64,000 bases of DNA from a virus (Duplodnaviria > Caudoviricetes): the IMG/VR virus record IMGVR_UViG_3300012979_000002, positions 56,527 to 120,526 of that record; one strand, 5' to 3'. Position numbers and translations under genes: made by a program. This document shows, in pieces, positions 9,887 to 20,400 of the stretch (within the stretch, counting starts at the first letter, position 1; each line of letters opens with the position of its first letter). The notes under the pieces were generated by a model. That model saw only the letters and a program-made list of their open reading frames with translations, did not search any database and was not told where the DNA came from.

Positions 9887-10567
9887 ATGTCAAACATAAT
9901 TAAATTAAAAAGAGGGTTATCTTCTGACATCGACACCCTTACCCTTGAACGTGGGGAATTGGCATTAACAACCGATACGAATGAAATTCTATCGGTTAAC
10001 GATGCCGGTGTTATTGAAAGTATAACTCCTCATCTATTAGACAACAATAAAATTAAAGAACAATACTTACCAGAGTTTAGCAAAGAAAATACAACTTACA
10101 CCTTAACAAAAAATGGTAACACTATTGCTCTTACAGGTAGCGATGGTTCTAGTTCTACTATAAAGGACAGTGACACTATACCTACCGTTGATAACAAACT
10201 AAGTGGCACTTCTACAAATGCCATACAAAATAAAGTAGTATATGAAACAATTAATAGCCTACCAAAAATATATATGGGAGAAGACGAACCGACTGACCTA
10301 AGCGTATTGATATGGATAGACACGGCAGATAAAGTATTAATTACCTTCACGGTACATAGTGAAACTTTTACGGCTGAGGAAAATATGACTTGGGGTGAAT
10401 GGATAGCCTCTGATTATAATCCATACTTAGGCGACAGCATGGGATTCATGGATAGCGGAATCGTATATTATGCGACAGGATTAATCCAATTACAGGGTAG
10501 TGGTGTAGCCGTACGCTCAGAGCATATCATTGAGCCTAATGGCGTATATACAGGTATGGCTTTCTAG
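9887..10567 (+). CDS. Tail fibre/adaptor protein
   Basis: IKLKRG...GELA.TTDT N-terminus; shaft motifs shared with neighbours. Confidence 0.75.
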   Translation: MSNIIKLKRGLSSDIDTLTLERGELALTTDTNEILSVNDAGVIESITPHLLDNNKIKEQYLPEFSKENTTYTLTKNGNTIALTGSDGSSSTIKDSDTIPTVDNKLSGTSTNAIQNKVVYETINSLPKIYMGEDEPTDLSVLIWIDTADKVLITFTVHSETFTAEENMTWGEWIASDYNPYLGDSMGFMDSGIVYYATGLIQLQGSGVAVRSEHIIEPNGVYTGMAF

Positions 10568-10577
10568 GAGGTAAATA

Positions 10578-12404
10578 ATGTCAAAATTAAAAATTAGAAA
10601 TACAGACAATACTTTTTCAGAAGTGGCAACTGTCGATTATGTTGACGAAAAGATAACAGAAGCTGGAGCTGGAGTTACTTATTCTTTAAGCAAGACAGGT
10701 TCAACAATTAAGTTAACAGGGTCTGATGGTTCAACCAGTACGGTAACCGATTCAAATACTACTTATTCAACAGGGAATGCTAGTTCTGCAGGTTTAACAA
10801 AATTATATACTGGCACTGGTACTAATACCGATGGGTCTATGACTCAAAATGCCATCAAGTCTGCGCTAGATGGCAAGGTGCCTACAACTCGTACGGTTAA
10901 TGGCAAAGCCTTAAGTAGCAATATTACTTTAGGCGCTGCAGATGTTGGAGCAGACGCTAGTGGTGCGGCCAATACTGCATTAACTAACGCTAAGTCATAT
11001 ACTGATACTCAAATAGCTGCTCTAATTAACAGCGCTCCTACTACCCTAGACACTTTAGGGGAAATAGCTAGTGCCATGTCTGATAACATGGAGGTTGTAG
11101 AAGCACTAGAAGCATCAATTGGTAACAAAGCAGATAAAAGTGCAATCCCTACAAAAACATCTCAATTAACAAACGACAGCGGTTTCAAGACCACTGATAA
11201 TAATACCACTTATACAATTTCAAAAAGCGGTTCTACAATTACTTTAACTGGTAGTGATGGAAAGACTAGTACGGTAACAGATTCTGATACCAATACTACA
11301 TATAGCGAAGCTACCACTTCTGCTGCGGGGCTAATGTCAGCTGCAGACAAGACTAAATTAAACGGAATAGCGACAGGAGCAAATAAAATTACAGTTGACA
11401 CAGCACTTAGCTCTACGTCTACCAATCCAGTACAAAACAAGGTAATCAATACCGCTTTAGCAGGTAAGGCAAACACTTCGGCAATCCCTACTAAGACTTC
11501 ACAATTGACAAATGATAGTGGATTTAAAACCACAGACAATAATACAACTTACTCTTTATCTAAATCAGGTTCAACCATAACGTTGACCGGTAGTGATGGT
11601 TCAACTACATCTGTAACAGATGCAGATACGAATACAACATATTCGGCTGCTACCACAAGTGCTAATGGGCTAATGACTTCAACTATGGTTACTAAACTTA
11701 ATGGAATAGCAACCGGTGCAAACAATTATTCCCATCCAACAACAAGTGGAAATAAACACATACCTTCAGGTGGTTCATCAGGGCAAATCTTAAGATGGTC
11801 AGCAGATGGAACAGCTACATGGGGAGCAGACAATAATACAACCTACAGTGCGGCTACTACAAGTGCTAATGGATTAATGACTAGCGCAATGGTAACTAAA
11901 CTAAACGGTATCGCCGCAGGGGCTCAAGTTAATAATGTTGTTGTAGCAACATCTGCGCCAACAGCATCAACGGCTCAAGTGTGGATAAACCCTAATGGAC
12001 AAACATCTATTAGTAATTTACAATCTCAAATCGATGCCTTGTCAGCAAAATTACCAACAACCATTTTTGATGGAACTCTTCAAGGAGGTCAATCAGTTAC
12101 TCTATCTGGAGTTAAAAGATACATTGAAGTCCATTTTGCTATTGAATTCGGTATGATACAAACTGGAGTTGCAATACTGGATACAGCTGAAACTTCTGCA
12201 GATAATGTGTTTGGTTCTGTAGTATGGTCTCCTATGGACGAAAGTACAATTAACTCTTTTTATGTATGTGAATGCTACTACCAAAAAAGTACAAAAAAAT
12301 TATACCACAAAAGAACTGGATATATAGGTTTCCCAAGCGGAAGTTGGACAGATAGAAATGCTAGAGATGGGTATAGAGTATATTTGGTAAGAACATACGA
12401 TTAG
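10578..12404 (+). CDS. Tail fibre protein
   Basis: Repeats SKSGSTITLTGSDG, AGLMSAADKTKLNGI and KTSQLTNDSGF. Confidence 0.85.
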   Translation: MSKLKIRNTDNTFSEVATVDYVDEKITEAGAGVTYSLSKTGSTIKLTGSDGSTSTVTDSNTTYSTGNASSAGLTKLYTGTGTNTDGSMTQNAIKSALDGKVPTTRTVNGKALSSNITLGAADVGADASGAANTALTNAKSYTDTQIAALINSAPTTLDTLGEIASAMSDNMEVVEALEASIGNKADKSAIPTKTSQLTNDSGFKTTDNNTTYTISKSGSTITLTGSDGKTSTVTDSDTNTTYSEATTSAAGLMSAADKTKLNGIATGANKITVDTALSSTSTNPVQNKVINTALAGKANTSAIPTKTSQLTNDSGFKTTDNNTTYSLSKSGSTITLTGSDGSTTSVTDADTNTTYSAATTSANGLMTSTMVTKLNGIATGANNYSHPTTSGNKHIPSGGSSGQILRWSADGTATWGADNNTTYSAATTSANGLMTSAMVTKLNGIAAGAQVNNVVVATSAPTASTAQVWINPNGQTSISNLQSQIDALSAKLPTTIFDGTLQGGQSVTLSGVKRYIEVHFAIEFGMIQTGVAILDTAETSADNVFGSVVWSPMDESTINSFYVCECYYQKSTKKLYHKRTGYIGFPSGSWTDRNARDGYRVYLVRTYD

Positions 12405-12416
12405 GAGGTTTTATAA

Positions 12417-13142
12417 ATGGCAACATTAATACTGAATTGTGACGGTACAGCCAATTCTTTTGAAAATAATGCGAACATAAGAATTACATATACCGCAGGT
12501 GGTGGTAGTGTCACCGTTACAGAAATTGAAGGGATGAGAACCGATGGCTATTCTTCATATGAGGATGTTTCTCAAACAATTCAAATAACGGTTGGGGGAG
12601 TAGCAAAAACAGTTAGTGTTGGTAGAGTACGCTTTATGTCGGGGTCTTCTTATTCCTCATGGAATGTAACCGACACAACCTGGACAGAATTAAGTGGAAA
12701 GGTAAGTATCAAGGTGGGTGGTTTAACTCACTGGTCTGGAGCGGCTTATTACAATAAGACCTTTACTAGTACATCAGATGCTATAGATGCGGGTTCTACG
12801 ATACGGGTTATAACCTATGACGCAAACGGAGGAACGGGAGCCCCATCTCAACAAGAAAAAAAAGATGATGTAAGTCTCACCCTAAGTTCTACCAAACCAA
12901 CCCGTACCGGTTATACCTTCCAGGGCTGGTGTATGAGCCCTGAAGGGGTGGGTACTATGTATAATGCTGGTGGTACTTTCACTCAAAATGCAAGCTTAAC
13001 TCTGTTTGCCATATGGAATTTTGTACCTATGGTACAGGCCAAATCAAACAGCTCTTGGGTAGGCGGAGATTTACAATATAAATCAGGCAGCTCGTGGCTA
13101 CCTGCTTCAACTATAAAACTAAAAACGAACGGAGACTTTTAA
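12417..13142 (+). CDS. Virion protein with an InlB B-repeat/Listeria-Bacteroides repeat
   Basis: ITYDANGGTGAP...PTRTGYTFQGW...LFAIW. Confidence 0.8.
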   Translation: MATLILNCDGTANSFENNANIRITYTAGGGSVTVTEIEGMRTDGYSSYEDVSQTIQITVGGVAKTVSVGRVRFMSGSSYSSWNVTDTTWTELSGKVSIKVGGLTHWSGAAYYNKTFTSTSDAIDAGSTIRVITYDANGGTGAPSQQEKKDDVSLTLSSTKPTRTGYTFQGWCMSPEGVGTMYNAGGTFTQNASLTLFAIWNFVPMVQAKSNSSWVGGDLQYKSGSSWLPASTIKLKTNGDF

Positions 13143-13161
13143 TGGAGGTGAATAAACAAAC

Positions 13162-15252
13162 ATGGCAAATACAATTAAAATCAAAAGAGGTCCTAGTGCA
13201 AGTCTAGCTTCAGTATCATTGCAGCCTGGAGAAATGGCTTACACTACCGATACAAAAAAATTATATATATCAAACACAGATGAACCTATTAATAATAACA
13301 CTACTTATTCTATCTCTAAGTCAGGTTCAACTATTACCTTAACTGGTAGTGATGGAAGTAAAACTACTGTTAGTGATAGCAATACTACTTATAGTGATGC
13401 CACTACTAGTGCTAGCGGTTTAATGACTGCTACTATGGTAACCAAATTAAATGGTATTGCTACTGGAGCAAATAAAACAACAGTGGATAGTGCTTTGAGC
13501 AGTACTTCTACAAACCCAGTACAAAATAAAGTAATTAATTCAGCGTTGGCAGGCAAAGCGGATACTAGTGCTATACCCACCAAAGTTTCAGAATTAACTA
13601 ATGATAGTGGTTATAAAACTACAGATACTAATACAACTTATACCTTAACTCAAGATAGTTCAGATGGTCATAAAATTACATTAACACCATCTTCAGGAAC
13701 AGCAACTACAATTACTATCCCGGATAATAACACCACTTATAGTGCCATGACAGCAGCTACTTCAAGCGCAGCTGGTAAAGCAGGTTTAGTACCCGCTCCA
13801 GCCGCCGGTAAGCAAGCATCATTTTTAAGAGGTGATGGTACTTGGGTAGTACCAACTAATACCACTTATAGTAATATGACTGCTGCCACATCTAGTGCTG
13901 CTGGTAAGGCTGGTCTAGTACCAGCTCCAGGAGCAGGAAAACAAGCTTCCTTCTTACGTGGGGACGGGACTTGGGTTGTACCTACAAACACCACTTATTC
14001 AGCGGCAACTACAAGTGCAGCTGGGTTGATGTCTGCAGCAGATAAGACTAAATTAGATGGTATCGAAACAGGTGCTGACACAGTTTCTTTTACACAGTCA
14101 TTAACCAGTGGTACTCAAATTGGTACTATAACTATTAATGGAACGGCGACAAAACTTTATTGTCAAACAGATACAAATACCACTTATAGTGCAGCCACTA
14201 CTAGTGCAGCAGGATTGATGAGCGCTGCTGATAAAACTAAACTAGATGGCATTGCAACTGGGGCTAACAAATATAGCCACCCTACTTCTAGCGGTAATAA
14301 ACACATTCCTTCTGGAGGTTCTAGTGGTCAAATTCTTCGTTGGTCTGCTGATGGAACGGCAGTTTGGGGAGCTGATAACAACACCACTTATAGTGCAGCT
14401 ACTCAGTCAGCTAATGGTTTAATGTCAGCGGCCGATAAAACCAAACTAGATGGTATAGACACTGGCGCAACTAAAAATACAGCCAGCTCTACAACACCAA
14501 AGGCAGCAGGAACAGCTTCCGTAGGTAGTGAAACTACTTATGCTCGTGGTGACCATGTTCATGCGGCTCAAACAACGGTTAGTGGAAACGCAGGGAGTGC
14601 TACAAAATTAGCAACCGCTAGAAACTTCACAATCGGTAAAACAGCCAAATCATTTAACGGAACTGCAGCTGTATCTTGGACGCTAGATGAAATTGGTTCT
14701 AATGTATATGTAGGAACCAGTGCTCCAAGTGATGCTGACGTAGATGTTTGGATAGACCCTACGGGTTCAGTTAACCTAAGTGCTTTATGGAATAGCATTT
14801 ATCCAGTAGGTGCTATTTATATGTCAGTTAGTTCTACAAACCCTGGAACATTATTCCCAGGCACAACTTGGACAGCATTACAAGATAGGTTCTTGGTTGG
14901 AGCTGGTAACTCATATGCAGTTAATGCTACTGGTGGACACAAAGACTTACAATCACACACCCACAGCATTCCAGCATTAAGTGGTACAGCAGCAGCTAGT
15001 ACACACACTCACGTTGTAACCACAAAAACAACTACATATGCACAAGGTTCTCAATCTTCTTGGAGATGTTTATCTTGGCCTGGAACTAATGCTGACTATT
15101 CTCAGACAGTAACTACAAACAATGGTACAGCCGATGGTTCACATACCCATAGCGTTACTACAACAGCAAACACATCTGGTTCTACCGGTGCTGGTAATGG
15201 CGGAAACTTGCCACCATACTTAGCTGTTTATATGTGGAAGAGAACTGCATAG
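13162..15252 (+). CDS. Long tail fibre with gp10/collar-like C-terminal domain
   Basis: IKIKRG N-terminus; shaft repeats; IYPVGAIYMS, DRFLVGAG, HTH repeats, NLPPYLAVYMWKRTA. Confidence 0.85.
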   Translation: MANTIKIKRGPSASLASVSLQPGEMAYTTDTKKLYISNTDEPINNNTTYSISKSGSTITLTGSDGSKTTVSDSNTTYSDATTSASGLMTATMVTKLNGIATGANKTTVDSALSSTSTNPVQNKVINSALAGKADTSAIPTKVSELTNDSGYKTTDTNTTYTLTQDSSDGHKITLTPSSGTATTITIPDNNTTYSAMTAATSSAAGKAGLVPAPAAGKQASFLRGDGTWVVPTNTTYSNMTAATSSAAGKAGLVPAPGAGKQASFLRGDGTWVVPTNTTYSAATTSAAGLMSAADKTKLDGIETGADTVSFTQSLTSGTQIGTITINGTATKLYCQTDTNTTYSAATTSAAGLMSAADKTKLDGIATGANKYSHPTSSGNKHIPSGGSSGQILRWSADGTAVWGADNNTTYSAATQSANGLMSAADKTKLDGIDTGATKNTASSTTPKAAGTASVGSETTYARGDHVHAAQTTVSGNAGSATKLATARNFTIGKTAKSFNGTAAVSWTLDEIGSNVYVGTSAPSDADVDVWIDPTGSVNLSALWNSIYPVGAIYMSVSSTNPGTLFPGTTWTALQDRFLVGAGNSYAVNATGGHKDLQSHTHSIPALSGTAAASTHTHVVTTKTTTYAQGSQSSWRCLSWPGTNADYSQTVTTNNGTADGSHTHSVTTTANTSGSTGAGNGGNLPPYLAVYMWKRTA

Positions 15253-15266
15253 GGAGGTTATAAAAT

Positions 15267-16313
15267 ATGGCATTATTTAAAAGTACAGGTACGGTTTATA
15301 CGAGAAGTGGGTCCTCTTCTTATAATACACAAGGTGACGGTAGAACAGCTGCCGATTTCCACTACTCTCAAAACCAAGCAAACAACGTAACTACTATATC
15401 TTTCCAACCGGTTGCATATTTCTTTTCTGCAGCCGGTGGAGGTTCATCTAATACCTTCTCAATCACTGCTACCGCTAAAGTAGTAATGAATGGGAAAACT
15501 GTCACAAAGAGTTCAACTATAAGTAAGTCAATACCGGGAGGTACAGCTACTGTATGGTCTGGTATGGTTACAATAGGTGACTTCCCAATGACAGACTCTG
15601 GTACTGGTACCGCAACTATCACTTTAACTTCTAGCGCAGTTAAATGTGATGGTTCGACTCTGGGAGGAGCTTCTTCAAGAAGCACTACCTTTACTTATAC
15701 ATTCCCAACGATTACCAGAAATTATACAGTATCGTATAACGCAAATGGTGGAACAGGGGCACCAAACAGTCAAACTAAAACTTATGGGCAAACACTAACC
15801 TTAAGTTCCACAAAACCTACTAAAGCTAGTACTACAGCTACGGGGTACACAGTTACATTCAATCCTAATGGTGGTACATGTGGCACCCCCTCCGCTACCA
15901 GTACCAAAACAACGAACTACTCATTTTCATCTTGGAACACTAGTTCGGATGGTACTGGGACTTCTTACGCAGCTGGTGGAAGCTATACGGCGAATGCTGC
16001 AGTAACTTTATACGCTCAATGGACTTCGTCAACAGTTAATGGCAGCGTTAATTTACCTACGGCTTCTATGGGCGGTTACATATTTTTAGGCTGGTCTACT
16101 TCTACTACAGGGTCTGTATTAAGTGGCTCTACTTATACGCCGACCAGTAATGTAACTCTATATGCTAAATGGCAATTAGTACCTAAGATAGCGCGGGTGC
16201 ATGCTCGCTCGGGTACGTCATTTGTTAGTGACCCATTGGTAAAAGTAAAGGTTAATGGTAATTGGCATGTCGTTACAAATATAAAAACCAGAAACTCAAA
16301 TGGGAACTTTTAG
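15267..16313 (+). CDS. Virion protein with nested InlB B-repeats
   Basis: VSYNANGGTGAP, VTFNPNGG, TLYAQW, TLYAKW. Confidence 0.8.
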   Translation: MALFKSTGTVYTRSGSSSYNTQGDGRTAADFHYSQNQANNVTTISFQPVAYFFSAAGGGSSNTFSITATAKVVMNGKTVTKSSTISKSIPGGTATVWSGMVTIGDFPMTDSGTGTATITLTSSAVKCDGSTLGGASSRSTTFTYTFPTITRNYTVSYNANGGTGAPNSQTKTYGQTLTLSSTKPTKASTTATGYTVTFNPNGGTCGTPSATSTKTTNYSFSSWNTSSDGTGTSYAAGGSYTANAAVTLYAQWTSSTVNGSVNLPTASMGGYIFLGWSTSTTGSVLSGSTYTPTSNVTLYAKWQLVPKIARVHARSGTSFVSDPLVKVKVNGNWHVVTNIKTRNSNGNF

Positions 16314-16340
16314 AGAGTAATTTTACTCTCTTCTTTTTTT
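16313..16340 (+). terminator. Rho-independent terminator
   Basis: GAGAGTAA-tt-TTACTCTC followed by a T tract. Confidence 0.7.
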
Positions 16341-16397
16341 ATTTTAAACCCATAAACCCTACTATATATTAGAGCGAAGAACAAAGGAGGAACGTGT

Positions 16398-17015
16398 ATG
16401 TATAAAATATTAACAAGACTACATACTCTTAAGCCAGGAAACTTCCATTATCACATGGTAACAGACGCTAATGGAGAATTAGTAGAATTCCAAGCAGAAA
16501 CTAAAGAAGAAGTTGAAATGGAAGCCATTAAAATCTTACGTCATGTAGGATGTATGGATTTAAGAGTAATTGAAGAGCATCCATATTATGTAGACATACA
16601 ATATGGTACAGATGAAGATTTTGATTATGATAACGAAGAAGCAAGGGCATTGGCTCTTGTAGAATATATCGGTTGGGGAGATTTAAGAATCTCAGACAAC
16701 AAACCTTTTTCAGTTGATATGATTTGGGGGGAAAGAGAAAAAGATGAAACCCGTTACACTTTAAGTATTACAGGACCAGAGTCTTGTGTATTTGAACCAA
16801 ATTACATTGACAATATTATTCCCGGCACAAGTAAAGTTGTAGGTGTAACTTTTACTGAGCCAGTTAAGTCGTTCCACTTTATCATTAATGGAGAGAGAAG
16901 TGAATGCGTACCTGGTTGGATAGATTATACTTATATAAGCGACCAACAATGCGTATTAACTTTCAATGCCATTGACCAAAACTACGAAATACAAATTGAA
17001 GTGGATACAGAATAA
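16398..17015 (+). CDS. Hypothetical protein with internal repeat
   Basis: Two copies of G..DLR(V/I); strong RBS. Confidence 0.7.
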   Translation: MYKILTRLHTLKPGNFHYHMVTDANGELVEFQAETKEEVEMEAIKILRHVGCMDLRVIEEHPYYVDIQYGTDEDFDYDNEEARALALVEYIGWGDLRISDNKPFSVDMIWGEREKDETRYTLSITGPESCVFEPNYIDNIIPGTSKVVGVTFTEPVKSFHFIINGERSECVPGWIDYTYISDQQCVLTFNAIDQNYEIQIEVDTE

Positions 17016-17038
17016 TATAAAAGGAAAGGAGAATAGAT

Positions 17039-17434
17039 ATGAAACCAGTAACACGCGAGTTAATTTATTTATACCATCCTAGGGAAATAGATTGGATGGG
17101 CTATGAGCTAAGGTCAATTACAGACCTGACCTATCATCACATTGTTAAGAAAGAGCATGGCGGTAAGCTGACGCTTGATAATGGTGCGTTGCTCCGTGGG
17201 GATACTGGGCACGAATACTTGCACATCATAGAGGGCAAGGATTTGGACATGTACATTTATATTAACAACTTATTAAAAACAATCAACACGCAGGGATACA
17301 ACCCTACGAAAAGACAATTATTAGCCATCAGAGCAATACTAGAACAATTTGAGAGAGAACATTGCTCGGACCGTACATCAAAAGGGAAACCGCTAATAAG
17401 AACAAAATATATAGAGGGAAGAAAGAAATTGTAG
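17039..17434 (+). CDS. HNH-type endonuclease
   Basis: TYHHIVKKEHGGK...DNGALL....HEYLH. Confidence 0.7.
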   Translation: MKPVTRELIYLYHPREIDWMGYELRSITDLTYHHIVKKEHGGKLTLDNGALLRGDTGHEYLHIIEGKDLDMYIYINNLLKTINTQGYNPTKRQLLAIRAILEQFEREHCSDRTSKGKPLIRTKYIEGRKKL

Positions 17435-17466
17435 GGAAGGGTAAAAACTTCCCTACTTTTTATTTT
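17432..17466 (+). terminator. Rho-independent terminator
   Basis: GTAGGGAAG-loop-CTTCCCTAC followed by a T tract. Confidence 0.7.
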
Positions 17467-17482
17467 AAGGAGGAGAGAGCGA

Positions 17483-20400
17483 ATGGAAGTATATGTAAAA
17501 GAATCGCTACATGTTTTAGACTATCAAGACCAAATAGTAGATAGTATTTTTATATCGGACGACCACACGACACCAGGCTATGCCTATGAGATTAATGTGG
17601 TGGAAGCAAATACTGGTTATAGTGATTTAAGTTTTAGTATGCCTAATACTATTATTAACGACAAAGGGGAATCAGAAAAGAATCCTCGCTTGGGGTTATT
17701 AACACCGCTAGTTAAATTACGTTACCATAGACAGGTATTTTATAAAGGAGAAGAAACTATAGTAGTTCGTGAACCAGAAGGTTATGGTGATACCGTTACT
17801 TATGTTGACAAAGAATATTCTAACGCGTACCCTAACAACATCATTGAAAATTATATAATGGACTATATAGTTCAACCAGTAGACAAAAGGAGAGAGGGCG
17901 TAGGTATTTCCACTAAGTTTACAGCTATAGACTATCCTAGATTTAATTTGAGTAAAAAGAAAGTTGGTTTAACTATAGCCACTGATACCGTTACCAAAGA
18001 AGAATGGTCTTTATTTACAGATAGACCATTAGATGTTGCTGGGACTATTAAATATGTAGAATGGGATAGCAACTTAGCACAAAAAGCTGGTACCTCTAAC
18101 ATATCAAATGAATGGTCTCCAGTTAACGCCGAAGATTATCCTTTGACCAAAGATAATATTACTAAATTAATGGATAGCACTAGCGAATGGCCTTATGGTT
18201 TATTAGCCACAGCTTTTTATTGGAGAATAAAAGGGACATCTCGTTACGAAGGACAATTATATAAAGATGGAAGTTTTTTAGTTTTACATCTATACGACTT
18301 TTACAGTCTTAGTGATGATAAGGTAGACCCTGACAGACACATTAGATACAAAAACGCTAGCGACCAAGAAATACTTCACTACGGGTATGACTGGACGCAA
18401 TTGCATCCTTCTGACAACTACCTATGTCCTAACAAAGCGGACAACTATTTATCTCACATATTAGAAGGAACCAATTGGGACGTTGGTTATGTGGAAATCG
18501 TTACCAAAGACATTCCTAAACCTAATGCAGAAGACCCTAAGGTAGAGCAAAAGACAGAGTCAGCACCTATGACTTGCAACATTAGCGTAAGCAACGGTAA
18601 CTGTTATAATGCTATTACTGCTGTGTGTCAAGGTTTACAATTATATCCTATTTTTGATTGTATCAAACGTACAGTATCTTTAAGAGCCTTCTCAGGAAAG
18701 AATCACGGGTTAGTTTACCGTTTGGGCTCTAACTTAACATCTAATAATGTAAAAACAGATGGAGATAAAGTTATTACTAAATTATATGTAAATGGGGGTA
18801 AGGATTATAACGGAGACGCCAACATAAACATTGGTGATGCTACTCGTTCTTTTGAAGATAAGGGTAACCCAGACGAAGCAAAACCATGGAACCCAAATGA
18901 CCCTAGATACATCATTAAGCGTAGTCCGTATGGAACAAACTACATTTATAATTTCAAGTGGATGTTTGACAATGGTTGGATGACCCAAGACCAAATTACA
19001 GGACTATATGAAATTAGCCAAAAAATTAATGACGAAAATAAAAAGTTCATTGGACCTTATACAGAGGATAGATTAAGAACTTTACAGGAATACAACGATG
19101 CTGTAAACAATTATGACTTGTCGCAAGGAGAGTACCAATCTATACTAAATAGTATGATGAATAAATACTACAAAAAATATGGACAATACAGCGAGGGTAT
19201 GCTATATGCCTTCCACAAAGCACCTTTAGGCTTGCATGAGAAAAATGGTAAAAATTATTTATGGATAAGACATTGTTATAAATGTGGCAAAACTGAATCA
19301 GTAGAAGGAGCAAAGCAACCTGATTTAGTTTGTAGTGCATGTAAGGCTTCTAACAAAGACTTGCCAGAAAGCCAAATGCCATTAGTACAAGTAGACGAGT
19401 TATACATTCCTGTATATAATGATTACAGAGAGAGTATTACTCCGCCACCTGCTCCAGAATATCCTTATGGTACTCCAGATGGTAAGTACCAGGATGTAGC
19501 TTACGAACCTTACATTAAAGGAGATTATTTAAAATTAGTTGGAACTCTAGATAGATACACAGATGACTATCCAGAGGACCCAGAAAAAGATAGTTTTGAC
19601 ATAGGATACTATGAAAGTAAAGTATATATCACTAGACCTATTGATATGACCGGAGAAGATTCAATCGATGGTTATGATTACATTATGAACAATGTGTACT
19701 TAAGGGCGTCTAGTGGACACATCGAAGAATGGAACAATGACATAGATGCAACGAAAGCGACATCATTTATTTATCATTACGGGAAGATGCTTACGAACCT
19801 ACGCATAGTAAATGAATGCCAAGAAAAATTAGACAAGCTTCAAGAGCGTTATGACACTTGGAAAGCTGAAGATGATAGATTGCATGCTTTAATTCAAGAC
19901 GCTTACGGAGATTACATCGTAGAAGGAACTTATACTAATAGCGAACAACCTTATGTAGGATTACTATTTAGAGAAGGTATGGAGGCTTCAGACAAGTTTG
20001 CCGTACCAGAAATTACTTATACATTAGATGTAGTTGACTCTAGTGGATTAGTTGAATACAGACAACCGAACGTAACCAAATATGCTTGTAATTTATGCCA
20101 CCATACAGTTATATATCCTATAACAGTATGTCCTAGATGTGGTCATACAGGCATTGAACAGTACGAAGATACTTATAATGATTTGGTTCATACATTACAT
20201 AGCGTGGGACAGATTATTCCTAAAGCAGGAGACTATGTTACAGTTTACGATGAACCAATAGGAATGTTTGGGGTTCCAGCTCTTATTACAGAAATTAGTA
20301 GAACTCTAGACAATCCAATTAATAACAAAATTAAATTAGATACTTCATATACTGACGATGAAGAATTGGTAGGAAATATTATTACAGCAACGAACACTGT

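Noticed and set aside
8170-16313. Diversity-generating retroelement or invertible tail-fibre shufflon
   Set aside because: No reverse transcriptase, recombinase, adenine-specific TR/VR pair or inverted cassette; repeats differ mostly at synonymous sites.
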